Below are positions 20,190 to 29,984 of a DNA stretch of 64,000 nucleotides, piece by piece. The stretch's first letter is position 1. The number at the start of each line of letters is the position of its first letter. The translations under genes and the position numbers were made by a program. This DNA comes from an uncultured Gaiellaceae bacterium. Its GTDB lineage: Bacteria; Actinomycetota; Thermoleophilia; Gaiellales; Gaiellaceae. The notes beneath the pieces are model-generated. The model was not told where the DNA came from and did no database searches. It saw nothing but the letters and a program-made list of their open reading frames with translations. Location: the NCBI GenBank assembly GCA_963847255.1, contig CAWJYW010000021.1, positions 90,319 to 154,318 on the forward strand. The letters run 5' to 3'.

Positions 20190-22163
20190 ATGGTCGTACG
20201 CGTCGGCAACGAGGTCGCCCGTTTCGCGTTGTTCGCGCTGATCGTCCTGTCGTGCCTCTTCGTCGCGCAGACGACCGTGGGCGTCCCGATCGAGGCCCTC
20301 GACGGCTTCCTCTTTCGCTGGATGTCGCCGCTCGCTCCCACCCTCGCCGCCTTCGTGATCGCCGTTCGCGCTCTGACCTCCGACCGGCCGTCGCTCGGCT
20401 GGCTGCTGATCGCGGCCGGGCAGGCCTTCTGGGCCTTCGGCGCGTTCTACTACGCGATCGCGCTCTGGGACGCCGACCCGATGCCCTTCCCGTCCGCGGC
20501 CGATGCCGGCTGGATCCTGTTCTACCTTCCCACTGTCGCCGGGATCGTGCTGCTCCTCCGCGAGCGCATCACGCGCGATGGCGAGACAGTCTCGCTGCTC
20601 GACGCGGCGATCGGGGCTCTCGCGATCAGCGCCGCCGGCGCCGCAGTTGCGTTCGGCGCGATCGTCGACGCGACGGGCGGTTCCTCGGCCGCGATCGCCA
20701 CCAACCTGGCATACCCGCTCGGCGACCTGGCACTCGTCGCGATCATGGTCGGCGGCCTGGCCACGACCGGCTGGCGGCTCGGCCGCGGCTGGACGCTGCT
20801 GCTGCTCGGCTTCCTGCTCTTCGGGGTCGCGGACATCTCGTACGTCTTCCAGGCTGCCACCGGCAACTACAGCGACGGCGTCATCAATGCCGGCTGGGTC
20901 GTCTCCTCCGCCGTGGTCGCGCTTGCAATCTGGCAACCGTGGGCCGAGGCGCGCGTGCGCGTTCAGGACTGGAGCGCGTTCATCTTCCCCGCCACCTTCG
21001 GCGCCGTCGGGCTCCTCGTGCTCGTCTACGACCATTTCCGGCCCGTGCACCTGCTCTCGCTCGCGCTCGCGACGGCCTGTGTCGGAGCGGTGATCGCACG
21101 CATGTCGCTGATCTTCCAGCAGAACCTGCGAATGCTCCGCTCGAGCAGGGTCGAGGCGTCGACGGACGCACTGACAGGGCTCGGCAACCGTCGCCAGCTG
21201 CTGGCAGACCTGGCGGCGATCGAGAAGTCCGAGGCGACCCTCGTGCTGCTCGACCTGGACGGCTTCAAGGTCTACAACGACACCTACGGACATCCGGCGG
21301 GAGACGCGCTCCTCGCGCTCCTCGGCCGCCGGCTGGCAGCAGCGACGCAAGACGGTGCTTCCGCCTACAGGCTGGGCGGGGACGAGTTCTGCGTCCTGTC
21401 CGCCGGCGCGGAGCTGGCACAGGAGCAAGCGCTCAGCGCAGCCGCCGCTCTCAGCGAGCACGGTGACGGCTTCGACGTCACGAGCTCGTTCGGCGTCGCG
21501 ACCATGCCGAACGACGCGCAGGACGGCACCGAGGCGCTGCGGATCGCCGACCAGCGGATGTACACGCAGAAGCACGGGCGGGAAAGCTCGGCAGGCCGTC
21601 AGAGCAAGAACGTCCTGCTCCGCGCGATCGCCGAGCGGAGCCCGAGCCTCGTGGACCACGTCACCGACGTCGCGGATCTCGCAGTCGACGTCGCCCGCCT
21701 CCTCGAGCTCCCCGAGCACGAGATCGAGCAGGTCCGCCACGCCGCGGAGCTGCACGACGTCGGCAAGGTGGCGATCCCCGATGCGATCCTGCAGAAGCGC
21801 GGTGCACTGTCCGCAGAGGAATGGCAGTTCGTGCACGAGCACACGCTGATCGGCGCGCGGATCATCAGCGCAGCGCCCGCCCTCTCACACGTCGCGAAAC
21901 TCGTCCGCTCGAGCCATGAGCGCTGGGACGGCGAGGGCTATCCCGACCGGCTCGCCGGCGAGGCGATCCCGATCGGCAGTCGGATCGTGGCCGCGTGCGA
22001 CGCCCTGGCGGCGATGGTGACGGACCGCCCGTACCGGGAGGCTGTCGGCCTGCCTGCCGCTCTCGAGGAGCTCGACCGTTGCGCAGGCAGCCAGTTCGAT
22101 CCCGCCGTCGTCACGGCCCTCACGGCTGTTCTGACAGCACCGGCCGTGCAAGCAGCCGCCTAG
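20190..22163 (+). CDS. membrane-sensor diguanylate cyclase/HD-GYP phosphodiesterase (copy 2, intact)
   Basis: This paralogue of the 18169-20150 gene has the same architecture in a single frame (MVVRVGNEV...GGDEF...HD-GYP...QFDPAVVTALTAVLTAPAVQAAA*). Confidence 0.8.
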   Translation: MVVRVGNEVARFALFALIVLSCLFVAQTTVGVPIEALDGFLFRWMSPLAPTLAAFVIAVRALTSDRPSLGWLLIAAGQAFWAFGAFYYAIALWDADPMPFPSAADAGWILFYLPTVAGIVLLLRERITRDGETVSLLDAAIGALAISAAGAAVAFGAIVDATGGSSAAIATNLAYPLGDLALVAIMVGGLATTGWRLGRGWTLLLLGFLLFGVADISYVFQAATGNYSDGVINAGWVVSSAVVALAIWQPWAEARVRVQDWSAFIFPATFGAVGLLVLVYDHFRPVHLLSLALATACVGAVIARMSLIFQQNLRMLRSSRVEASTDALTGLGNRRQLLADLAAIEKSEATLVLLDLDGFKVYNDTYGHPAGDALLALLGRRLAAATQDGASAYRLGGDEFCVLSAGAELAQEQALSAAAALSEHGDGFDVTSSFGVATMPNDAQDGTEALRIADQRMYTQKHGRESSAGRQSKNVLLRAIAERSPSLVDHVTDVADLAVDVARLLELPEHEIEQVRHAAELHDVGKVAIPDAILQKRGALSAEEWQFVHEHTLIGARIISAAPALSHVAKLVRSSHERWDGEGYPDRLAGEAIPIGSRIVAACDALAAMVTDRPYREAVGLPAALEELDRCAGSQFDPAVVTALTAVLTAPAVQAAA

Positions 22164-22439
22164 CCCTCCCTGTTCGCTCACGCCGGCTGCAGCCGCCGGG
22201 TTCCGACCTGAGCCGCCACGACTGGGTCTCGAGTGCGCGCCGACGTCATCGCTCCGACGATCCCAGCGGGCGACAGGTCGTGGAGCTCCTGAAACGCCTT
22301 GCGCCTGCCAGCCATCCGCGCCGTACGCGAACCGCGAGTCCCTGCCGTGCCACGTGCCGCAGCGGGAGCTCGAACGAGCCGTCGCTGGAGTCTCGGCGAG
22401 TCGGGTCCTGAAACACAAGCTCTTGTGCCGAGCGACGAG

Positions 22440-23072
22440 CTAGGAGATGAGCGAGCGGCGCAGTGCCATCGCGACTGCCTGCGTGCGCGTGGAGACGCCG
22501 AGCTTGGCCATCGCGGCGCCGAGCTGGGTCCGCGCGGTGTCGGGCGAGATGAAGAGCTCGCGTCCGATCGATTCGTTCGAGTGGCCGTCGGCCAGCAGCC
22601 GAAGCACGTCCCGCTCGCGGGCGGTCAGGCCGAGCTCCCGGCCAGGGATGGCGCGAATGACCACGTCGGCGAGCGCAGGATCGATGTACATCCCGCCGCC
22701 GGCGACTGTCTGAAGCGCGCGGACGAGCGCCTCGAGCGGTGCGTCCTTGAGCACGAAGCCACGAGCGCCGGCATCGAGCGCCTCGTCGAGGAGAGCGGCG
22801 TCTCCGAAGCCGGAATAGACGATGGTTCCGCACTGCGGCGTCGTCCGTGCGACCTGGCGAACGACGCCGGCGCCTGAGAGCCCGGGCATCCGCAGGTCGA
22901 GCACGGCAAGCGCAGGGCGCATCGACTCGATGAGCGTGACCGCCTCGTCACCGTTCCGCGCGAGCCCGACAATTCGGTAGCCCTGAGCGCCCAGATATCT
23001 GGCGATGCTTTCCAGCACCGGAGGGTGGTCGTCAGCGACGACACAGGTGGGCTTAGCCGCAATCGAGCTCAC
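22440..23072 (-). CDS. NarL/FixJ-family response regulator (REC + LuxR HTH)
   Basis: It has the REC domain VVADDHPPVLESIARYL...LDLRMPGLSG and the LuxR HTH LTARERDVLRLLADGHSNESIGRELFISPDTARTQLGAAMAKLG. It has a GTG start. Confidence 0.8.
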   Translation of the reverse strand: MSSIAAKPTCVVADDHPPVLESIARYLGAQGYRIVGLARNGDEAVTLIESMRPALAVLDLRMPGLSGAGVVRQVARTTPQCGTIVYSGFGDAALLDEALDAGARGFVLKDAPLEALVRALQTVAGGGMYIDPALADVVIRAIPGRELGLTARERDVLRLLADGHSNESIGRELFISPDTARTQLGAAMAKLGVSTRTQAVAMALRRSLIS

Positions 23073-23118
23073 GTCCAGGTGGTCGGCCGGACGGCCCCGA
23101 AGTTGAGAAGATCGATCG

Positions 23119-23601
23119 ATGCCGAAGCCCCTTTGGGCGCCGTGGCGCCTCGAATACGTCACCCACGCCGACGAGCAACCCGGCTGCGTCTTCTGCGCCG
23201 AGGCCGCGGGCGAGGTCGAGGACACGCTCGTCGTGAGCCGCGGCGAGCTCGCGTTCGTCTTCCTGAACAAGTTCCCGTACTCGTCCGGCCATCTCCTGAT
23301 CGCCCCGTACGCGCATCTGGGCGAGCTCGGCGAGCTCGGCGATGAGACGGCGCTCGAGATCCATCGCCTCGGGCTGCAGGGGATCGAGGCGCTGCGCGCG
23401 ACGTACGCCCCCGCGGGCTTCAATCTGGGCTGGAACCTGGGCCGAGTCGCAGGCGCGGGGATCGTCGACCACGTGCACCTCCACGTCGTGCCCCGCTGGG
23501 CGGGCGACACGAGCTTCATGCCCGTGCTCGGAGACGTGAAGGTGCTGCCGGAGCACCTCCTCGCGACGCGCGACCGGCTGCGCGAGGCCTGGCCGGGCTG
23601 A
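23119..23601 (+). CDS. HIT family protein (histidine triad nucleotide hydrolase/transferase)
   Basis: It has CVFC, FLNKFPYSSGHLLI and the HIT motif HVHLHVVPR. Confidence 0.85.
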   Translation: MPKPLWAPWRLEYVTHADEQPGCVFCAEAAGEVEDTLVVSRGELAFVFLNKFPYSSGHLLIAPYAHLGELGELGDETALEIHRLGLQGIEALRATYAPAGFNLGWNLGRVAGAGIVDHVHLHVVPRWAGDTSFMPVLGDVKVLPEHLLATRDRLREAWPG

Positions 23602-23641
23602 TTCCTTCATTTCTGGGCCGATCCGACCGATCACTCACGGG

Positions 23642-26600
23642 ATGGCCCGATTCGACTTCCAGGAGCTCGTGGAGCGGCTGCCGCTCGTCGTCTACGTCGA
23701 CAAGCTCGACGACAAGAGCTCGCCGCTCTACGTGAGCCCGCAGATCGCGCAGCTGATGGGCTACTCCCAGGAGGAGTGGCTTGCCGACGCGGACCTGTTC
23801 ACCAACTGCCTCCACCCGGACGACCGCGACCGGGTGCTGGCCGACCTCGTCGACCGCAACGCAGGCTTGAACCCGTCGAGGACGATGTTCCTCGACTACC
23901 GCCTGATCGCACGTGACGGCCGCGTCGTCTGGATTCGCGACGACGAGATCGTCGTCGACGACGGGGACGGCCACCCCGCCGCAGCCCAGGGCTACATGCA
24001 GGACGTGACGGCTCGCCGGCAGGACAGCATCCGGCTCGAGCTGCTCGTCGGGATCCTGTCGCTCGCAGCCGACGAGACGCCGCCGGACGAGATCGTCGCG
24101 CACGCGGCCCAGAGCCTCGCGGGGCTCTTCGGCAATGTCGATGTCAGCTACGTGGAGCGGCGGGACGAGGGCGGCTTCTGGATCCGCTACACGACCGACA
24201 AGGGCAGACCGGAGTTCTGGAACGAGGTCGAGTGGTCGGCCGACTACGTGAAGCGGATCGAGCAGGGGCCGATCGTCATCGAGGACATCTCCAAGGAGGC
24301 CTGGCTCGATCCGGTGCGCGACCAGCTCATCGCGCGCGGCGTCGCCTCGTCCGTGGATGTGCCGCTCTTCAGCAACGGCGTGCTCTCAGGCGTGCTCTGG
24401 TTCAACAGCGCGAGCCCTCGCACGTGGGGAGAACACGACGTGTCGGTCCTGGTGGATGTCGCCGGCCAGCTTGCGATTGTCCTCGCGAGCGCCCGCGCAC
24501 GCGAGCAGCGGCTCGTCGCCGAGCGCGACCTACGCAGCCGCGACGCGATCCTCCAGGCCGTCAGCCGGTCCGCCGAGCGCTTCCTCGTCCAGCGAAGCCT
24601 CAACGAAGGGATCGTCGAGCTGATGCGCGTCCTCGGCGAGGCCACGGGCGTCACGAGCGCGTACGTCTTCGAGAACGTCAAGCGCGACGGCCCGTCCGAC
24701 GCACACTCGGCGGCTCGCCGGCTGGGCATCGGGCCGGAGCAATTCGACGGTCGACGACCCACGGCTCGCCCATGTCCAGCCTGCCCCCCACTTCCCGCGC
24801 TGGGCCGAGGTTCTGGGCCGCGGCGACGTCGTCAGCAGCCACATCTGTGACCTGCCCGACGATGAGCGCGAAGCACTCGAACTGGCAGGCTCGTTCTCTG
24901 TTCTTGCGGTGCCGATCTTCGTCGAGGGCGGCTGGTGGGGCTTCATCGGCTTCGAAGACGCCGAGCACGAACGCGATTGGAGCCTCGCCGAAACCGAGGC
25001 GCTCCGTGCAGCGGCGGGAATCGTCGCGGCTGCGATCAAGCGCGACGCGGCCGAGGGCGATCTACGTCGCCGCGACGCGGTGCTCGAAGCCGTCAGTCAC
25101 GGCGCGGAACGGCTCGTCGCGGCTACGAACTGGCGCGACGCGGCGCCCCGCTTCCTGCAGGAGCTCGGAGAGGCGTCCGGCGCGAGCCGTTCGTATCTGT
25201 TCGAAAACGGCCTTCGCGAGGATGGTCTGCTGATCGCGAGCCAGCGGTTCGAGTGGTCCGACCCGGCCATCGTGCCCCAACTCGACAACGAGGACATGCA
25301 GGACATGTGCTACGAGGAGGTTGGGCTTGGGCGGCTTGCCGAGCTCGGCGCTCGCAACGAGGTGTTCACCGGCAAGGTGAAGGACCTGCCTTCCTGTGAG
25401 CGGGAGTTCTTCGAAGTGCAGGCGATCAAGTCGCTGATGACCGTGCCCATCTTCGTCGGCGACGAGTGGTGGGGTTTCATCGGCTTCGACGACTGCACGA
25501 CGGAGCGCGAGTGGAGCCCGGCCGAGGTCGACGCTCTGCGAACGACCTCGAGCCTCATCGCTGCGGCGATCGAGCGTGAGCTCTCCGAGGCGACGCTGCG
25601 CGAGCAGGAGCAGAAGCTGCGCGCCGTCTTCGACACGGCACTCGACGCGATCTTCATCACCGACGACGACCGGCGCTACGTCGACGTCAATCCCGGCGGC
25701 GTGCGAGTACTACGGCGTCGCGAAGCGCGATCTGATCGGCCGCAAGATCGACGATTTCCTGCCCCCGCAGCAGGCTCGCAACGCTCGAGGAGGACTGGGC
25801 GACGTACCTGCAGGGCGGCCCGATCCTCACCGAGTGGGAGACACAGAAGCATCGACGGCACCGTTCAGGTCGCCGAGGCCTCCGCGCGACCGAACTTCGT
25901 CCCCGGTCTGCACATCGCTTTCTTCCGCGACATCACCGACCGGAAGCGGCTGGAGGTGGAGCTCCTGAACGCGCAGAAGCTCGAAAGCCTCGGCCGGCTC
26001 GCGGGCGGCGTCGCACACGACTTCAACAACCTGCTGACCGGCATCACCGGCTACGCCTCGCTCCTCCTCGAGCGAGCAACCGACGACGTCGAGCTTCGCC
26101 GCGACCTCGGTGAGATCAAGCGAGCTGCGGACCGCGCCGCCGAGCTGACGAAGCAACTGCTCGCCTTCGGCCGCCGACAGGTGCTCAACCCGCGGCCGCT
26201 CGACCTGAACGCCGTCGTGGCCGAGGTCGGCGCCCTCCTGCAGCGCCTGCTCGGCGATCACGTCGAGCTCGAGATCCTCGCCGCGCCCGGGCTGGGCACC
26301 GTTCGCGCCGACCCCGGCCAGATCGAGCAGGTGATCGTCAATCTCGTCGTCAACGGCCGCGATGCCATGCCCGACGGCGGCAAGCTCACAATCCGCACCC
26401 GCGACGCCGACGACGGCTTCGTCGAGCTGTCCGTCTCCGACACCGGCCTCGGCATGGACGAGCAAACGCGCGCGCAGGTCTTCGAACCGTTCTTCACAAC
26501 CCGCGAGCAGGGCGTCGGCCTCGGCCTCGCTTCGGTGTACGGCATCGTCCAGCAGAGCGGCGGTGACGTCACCGTCGAGAGCGAGCGGGGCATGGGCTCG

Positions 26601-27044
26601 ACCTTCACCGTGCGGCTGCCGCGCGTGCTCGAGGCCGTGGAGCCTGTCGCTGCCGTTCCTGCGCCCGCACGGCACCCCGGCTCGGAGACGATCCTCCTCG
26701 TCGAGGACGAGGACGTCGTCAGGGATCTGACGCGCCGGGTGCTCGAGCGCCAGGGCTACACCGTGCTCGCGTGCGCAGACGGCATGGCCGCGGTCGCGCT
26801 CGCCGAGTTGAACGACCGCCGGATCGACCTGCTGCTGACGGACGTCGTGATGCCCGGCATGCGTGGCTACGACGTCGCGAAGAGAGTCGCGGGCACGCGC
26901 CCCGAGATCAAGATCCTCTACATGTCCGGCTACGCGGAGGAGGCGCTCGTCGGCCAGCCCGCGTTTGCCGCCAACGCGTTGATCGAGAAGCCGTTCGCAG
27001 TGGACGCGCTCGCCCTGCGCGTCCGCGAGGCGCTCGAGTCCTGA
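23642..27044 (+). CDS. hybrid sensor histidine kinase: PAS-GAF-GAF-GAF-PAS-HisKA-HATPase_c-REC; several frameshifts
   Basis: The N-terminus has a PAS domain. Three GAF-like modules each end in a (V/F)PIFVxxxWWGFIGFxD motif. A second PAS ([33 protein letters not shown]) lies in a shifted frame. The H-box is [13 protein letters not shown], the HATPase has DTGLGM and GLGL, and the C-terminal REC is [11 protein letters not shown]...[13 protein letters not shown]. Confidence 0.8.
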
Positions 27045-27071
27045 CCCTCACGCCCGCGCTACGATAGCGGG

Positions 27072-27320
27072 GTGTCGGGAGACATCAGCGTTCAGCGAGG
27101 TCGAGTGTTCGGTCTGCGGCCGGCACAACCGTGAGGTGCGAGTCGTCGCGACGGAGAACGGCTGATCCTCTGCCAGGTCTGCGTCGCAAAGTGCGCCGAG
27201 ATCTTCGATGACGAGATCGGGCTCGTCGGCGCCGGCGGCGGGGTCGAGCGAGCGACTGAATCGCGCCAGCGTTCGCTGAGGCGGAGCTCGGCCATCGCCG
27301 CTCGGGACGCGGCTCGCTAG
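27072..27320 (+). CDS. small ClpX-type C4 zinc-finger domain protein (frameshifted)
   Basis: ECSVCGRHNREVRVVATENG(-)LICQVCVAKCAEIFDDEIG resembles the ClpX N-terminal zf-C4 (CSFCGK..EV.KLIAG..VYICDECV..C..I). Confidence 0.35.
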
Positions 27321-27733
27321 GCGAGCGCGGCGCGGATCTTCTCGATCGTCGCCGCTTCGGCTGCCTCGCCGCCGCCGGCCGCCTTGCCGACGGCCTCGGC
27401 GACCTCGAGCACGAACGCCTTGTAGGCCTCGACCTCGTCGGGCGCCTTCGCCTGCAGCGTGCTCACGGCGCCGCGGAGGGCCTCGACGGTTTCACTCTCG
27501 ATCTCCTGCGGCGCGGACCTGACGCCGAATCCGGAGCCTCGCTCGCCCGCCAGCTCGCGCACGAGCTCGCTCTCGTCCGAGCGGCCGCCGGCCAGGTGCT
27601 TCGCCAGCGAACCCGCCTCCTTGAAGCTGTCGAAGAAGCTGCGGTCGCTGACCGAGACGAGCAGGCCCGCTCCGGTCGCGCCCTTGCGCAGCTGCTCCCA
27701 CTCCTGCTCGGTGAAGTCGGATTTCTTTGCCAT
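27317..27733 (-). CDS. hypothetical acidic alpha-helical protein (138 aa)
   Basis: The intact ORF reads MAKKSDFTEQEWEQLRKGATGAGLLVSVSDRSFFDSFKEAGSLAKHLAG... No family was recognised. Confidence 0.4.
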   Translation of the reverse strand: MAKKSDFTEQEWEQLRKGATGAGLLVSVSDRSFFDSFKEAGSLAKHLAGGRSDESELVRELAGERGSGFGVRSAPQEIESETVEALRGAVSTLQAKAPDEVEAYKAFVLEVAEAVGKAAGGGEAAEAATIEKIRAALA

Positions 27734-27829
27734 CGTCGCCTCCTCGTTGATCGACGCACGTCGGACCCGAGGCTAGTCGATCTTCCGAGTGAGACCGACG
27801 GGTCGTAAGGAATCGGCCGGCGGCGGGTT

Positions 27830-27853
27830 CTCCTTCCACACCACCGGAAGGAG
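27830..27853 (+). promoter_or_regulatory. RBS-sequestering hairpin in leader of secreted repeat protein gene
   Basis: The sequence is CTCCTTCC-acaccacc-GGAAGGAG, followed by cagacc and ATG(27860). It is a perfect 8 bp stem whose 3' arm is the Shine-Dalgarno sequence. Confidence 0.45.
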
Positions 27854-27859
27854 CAGACC

Positions 27860-28927
27860 ATGTCAGCAAGGATCGCAATCCTCAGTGCGACTGTCGCCGC
27901 ACTCGCCCTCGCGGCGGGCACCGCAGCCGCGCCGCCGGTTCCGGGTCCCGGCCAGATCACCGCCGGCACGGGCTGCTCGGTGCAGTGCGTCCTCAAGGCT
28001 CTCGTCACGGCGACGACCTCCTACGCGAACGTCGCGATCGAGACGTCGGTGCCGACGAAGATCTCGGTCATCGCGTGGCGCCCCAGCTCAGGGCGGAGCC
28101 GAGGCAACGTTCCACTCGTCGGTTCTCGCTACGCATCGCTCGGTGTTCCTTCCGGGCCTGAAGCCGGATACGACGTACCAGATCCTCGTCAAGGCAACTG
28201 ACGCCCAGGGTCGCAGCGACACCCGGCAGGGTTCGTTCAAGACACGCAAGGTCGAGAGCCGCCGTCGACACCGGCATCGGCAACATCAAGTCGAACGTCG
28301 GCTGCTCGATCCAGTGCGTCCGAAAGGCGCTCTTCACGCATGTCGGCGGCACGGACGCGACGATCGCGATCGAGACCGGTGAGCCGGCGAAGCTCCAGGT
28401 GATGCTGAGCCCAGACGCGCCGATTCAGGAGTCCTGGGGCCCGCGCTTCTCCTTCGTCGAGCGCTCGGTCTCGTCTCAAGGGCTCGTCACGAAGTGGACT
28501 GGTCAGCTCGGCCAGCTCAGGCCGGGCACGAAGTATCACGTCATCGTCAGCGCGACAGATGCCCAGGGGCAAAGCGCCTACCAGACGGGGACCGTGCAGA
28601 TGGACGACCGCAAGGTCAGGATCACACTGCTCAAGATCAAGGTGATCAGCGATGCGGACAAGGGCAGCGCCAACAAGGGCGAGATCAAGTTCGATCACTG
28701 GATCGGCGACCAGGTCTTCGGCCACGCCGACTTCCGCAAGATCGGGTCGGGCGCGACCATCAACGTTGCGGGCACGCGACGGGCGTCCGGGCGTGCTCGC
28801 AGTGCTCGTCGCGAATGGAACCGACCCGGTGTTCAAGATGAGCACCGTCGGCGCCGAGTGCGACTGGCAGCAGATGAAGAACTGCGTTCTCGAGAGCGGC
28901 TGGATCCCCCAGGGCAGGCGGCGGTGA
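27860..28927 (+). CDS. secreted protein with two ~100-aa tandem repeats (Cys-pair + FN3-like module) and a distinct C-terminal domain; 3-4 frameshifts
   Basis: The signal peptide is MSARIAILSATVAALALAAGTAAA. Repeat 1 is TGCSVQCVLKALVTATTSYANVAIETSVPTKISVIAW...VFLPGLKPDTTYQILVKATDAQGRSDTRQGSFKTRKV. Repeat 2 is VGCSIQCVRKALFTHVGGTDATIAIETGEPAKLQVML...QLRPGTKYHVIVSATDAQGQSAYQTGTVQM. The C-terminus is RITLLKIKVISDADKGSANKGEIKFDHWIGD...ECDWQQMKNCVLESGWIPQGRRR*. Confidence 0.5.
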
Positions 28928-29014
28928 GATCGGAGGTGCGATCGGAGCCCACGGCGGTGATTAGGCCGCGCCGGCGGCACGTTCCATCTCAACGCACTGC
29001 TCGACAGCGCGGCT

Positions 29015-29655
29015 CTACCGGGCAAGTTCGGGACGAATCTTCCGGCTGGTCACGACGCGTACTTTGCGTACGAAACGACGAGCCACCACCTCAAGTTCCA
29101 GGTCTTCGGCTACCTCGACGTGTTCTTCGAGTAGCTCGTCCTGCGACTGGCGAAACGCTTGCGGACGCCGCGACCTGCGCGAGCGCGACGTCCGGCAACT
29201 TCCCCCGAGAAAGAACACTGAGGACGTAGGAGGTCTTCGTCTTCGGCGAGACGACGCAGCGCCACGCGATCCAGTAGCCTTGTCGCCGCCGTAGTAGACC
29301 TTGTTGCCGTCCACCTGGAGAATTCTGTTGAACGCGCCGCCACCGTCGCACGGCGCGCCGGGCGCGAGCTTCGACACCTCGAAGCGGAAGCTGTCGGCGC
29401 TCGTTCGCTCCTTGAACGTGAGCACCAGCTTGCCGTCGATCCGCTGCCAGCGGACGTACTGGTAGCGCATCGGCACGCGAGTCGGCAGGTAGGTCTGATC
29501 GCCGAAGCGCTTCTGCAGCAACTTCAGGGTGAATGGGGGCACCTTGGCCCCCGTGGGCGTCGAGCCGCGAGCGACGACGCGGGCACGAGAAGCGCCAACG
29601 CGAGCCCGGCAGAGTGCTTTCCGAATCACCGAGGACGGTAGCCCAGAAGGCAACG
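29015..29655 (-). CDS. secreted hypothetical protein (frameshifts at both ends)
   Basis: A candidate signal peptide (MIRK)HSAGLALALLVPASSLAA lies in a shifted frame. The mature part reads GSTPTGAKVPPFTLKLLQKRFGDQTYLPTRVPMRYQYVRWQRIDGKLVLTFKERTSADSFRFEVSKLAPGAPCDGGGAFNRILQVDGNKVYYGGD. Confidence 0.4.
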
Positions 29656-29717
29656 CCGAAGTTGAAGCTTTCGCGAGCAAATGTGAGGAATTCGCGCGCG
29701 CCGGCCCGTTCCGGCCG

Positions 29718-29981
29718 TCAGCCGCCGCTGATCGCGGTGATCACGTCGACGCGCGAGCGCGGCTCGAGCTCGGTCTCGAGCCCGGCGCGCTCGCGGTCGA
29801 CGTACACGTGGATGTGGTGACGCAGGACAGGGCCCGGCTCGCACAGGCGGTCGCGAAGGCCGGGCCACTGCTCGTCGAGACGGTCGAGCACCTCGTCGAC
29901 CGTCGCAGCGTCGACGTCGAGTCGGCGCGGCAGGCCGGCGAACAGGGACGGGAGCGTGGATGGGAGGTAGAGCTCGGCCAT
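29718..29981 (-). CDS. MoaD/ThiS-family ubiquitin-like sulfur-carrier protein (C-terminal GlyGly)
   Basis: The 87 aa protein reads MAELYLPSTLPSLFAGLPRRLDVDAATVDEVLDRLDEQWPGLRDRL...HIHVYVDRE...VDVITAISGG*, which has beta-grasp topology and a terminal GG. Confidence 0.6.
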   Translation of the reverse strand: MAELYLPSTLPSLFAGLPRRLDVDAATVDEVLDRLDEQWPGLRDRLCEPGPVLRHHIHVYVDRERAGLETELEPRSRVDVITAISGG

Positions 29982-29984
29982 GGC

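Larger units (their letters stand above)
18120..22163 (+). repeat. tandem duplication of a ~2.0 kb unit (gene plus ~45 bp of upstream leader)
   Basis: The two adjacent genes are about 75-80% identical at the protein level across their whole length. The leaders are also similar (ctctcaagaa..gcggcgccgaacac before each ATG). Antisense ORFs also appear in duplicate (18930..19826 and 20145..21842). Confidence 0.7.

Noticed and set aside
18930-21842. Two long antisense ORFs (298 aa and 565 aa) opposite the GGDEF/HD-GYP genes, themselves similar to each other
   Set aside because: They are similar only because the sense genes are duplicated. Composition is biased, there are no domains, and they are fully nested antisense, so they are treated as non-coding.
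22164-22440. 275-bp convergent intergenic region after GGDEF/HD-GYP copy 2 with a GCCGGCTGCAGCCGCCGG hairpin
   Set aside because: It is a weak, imperfect stem without a U-tract, and there are no coding or RNA-family signatures. It is most likely a simple convergent terminator region.
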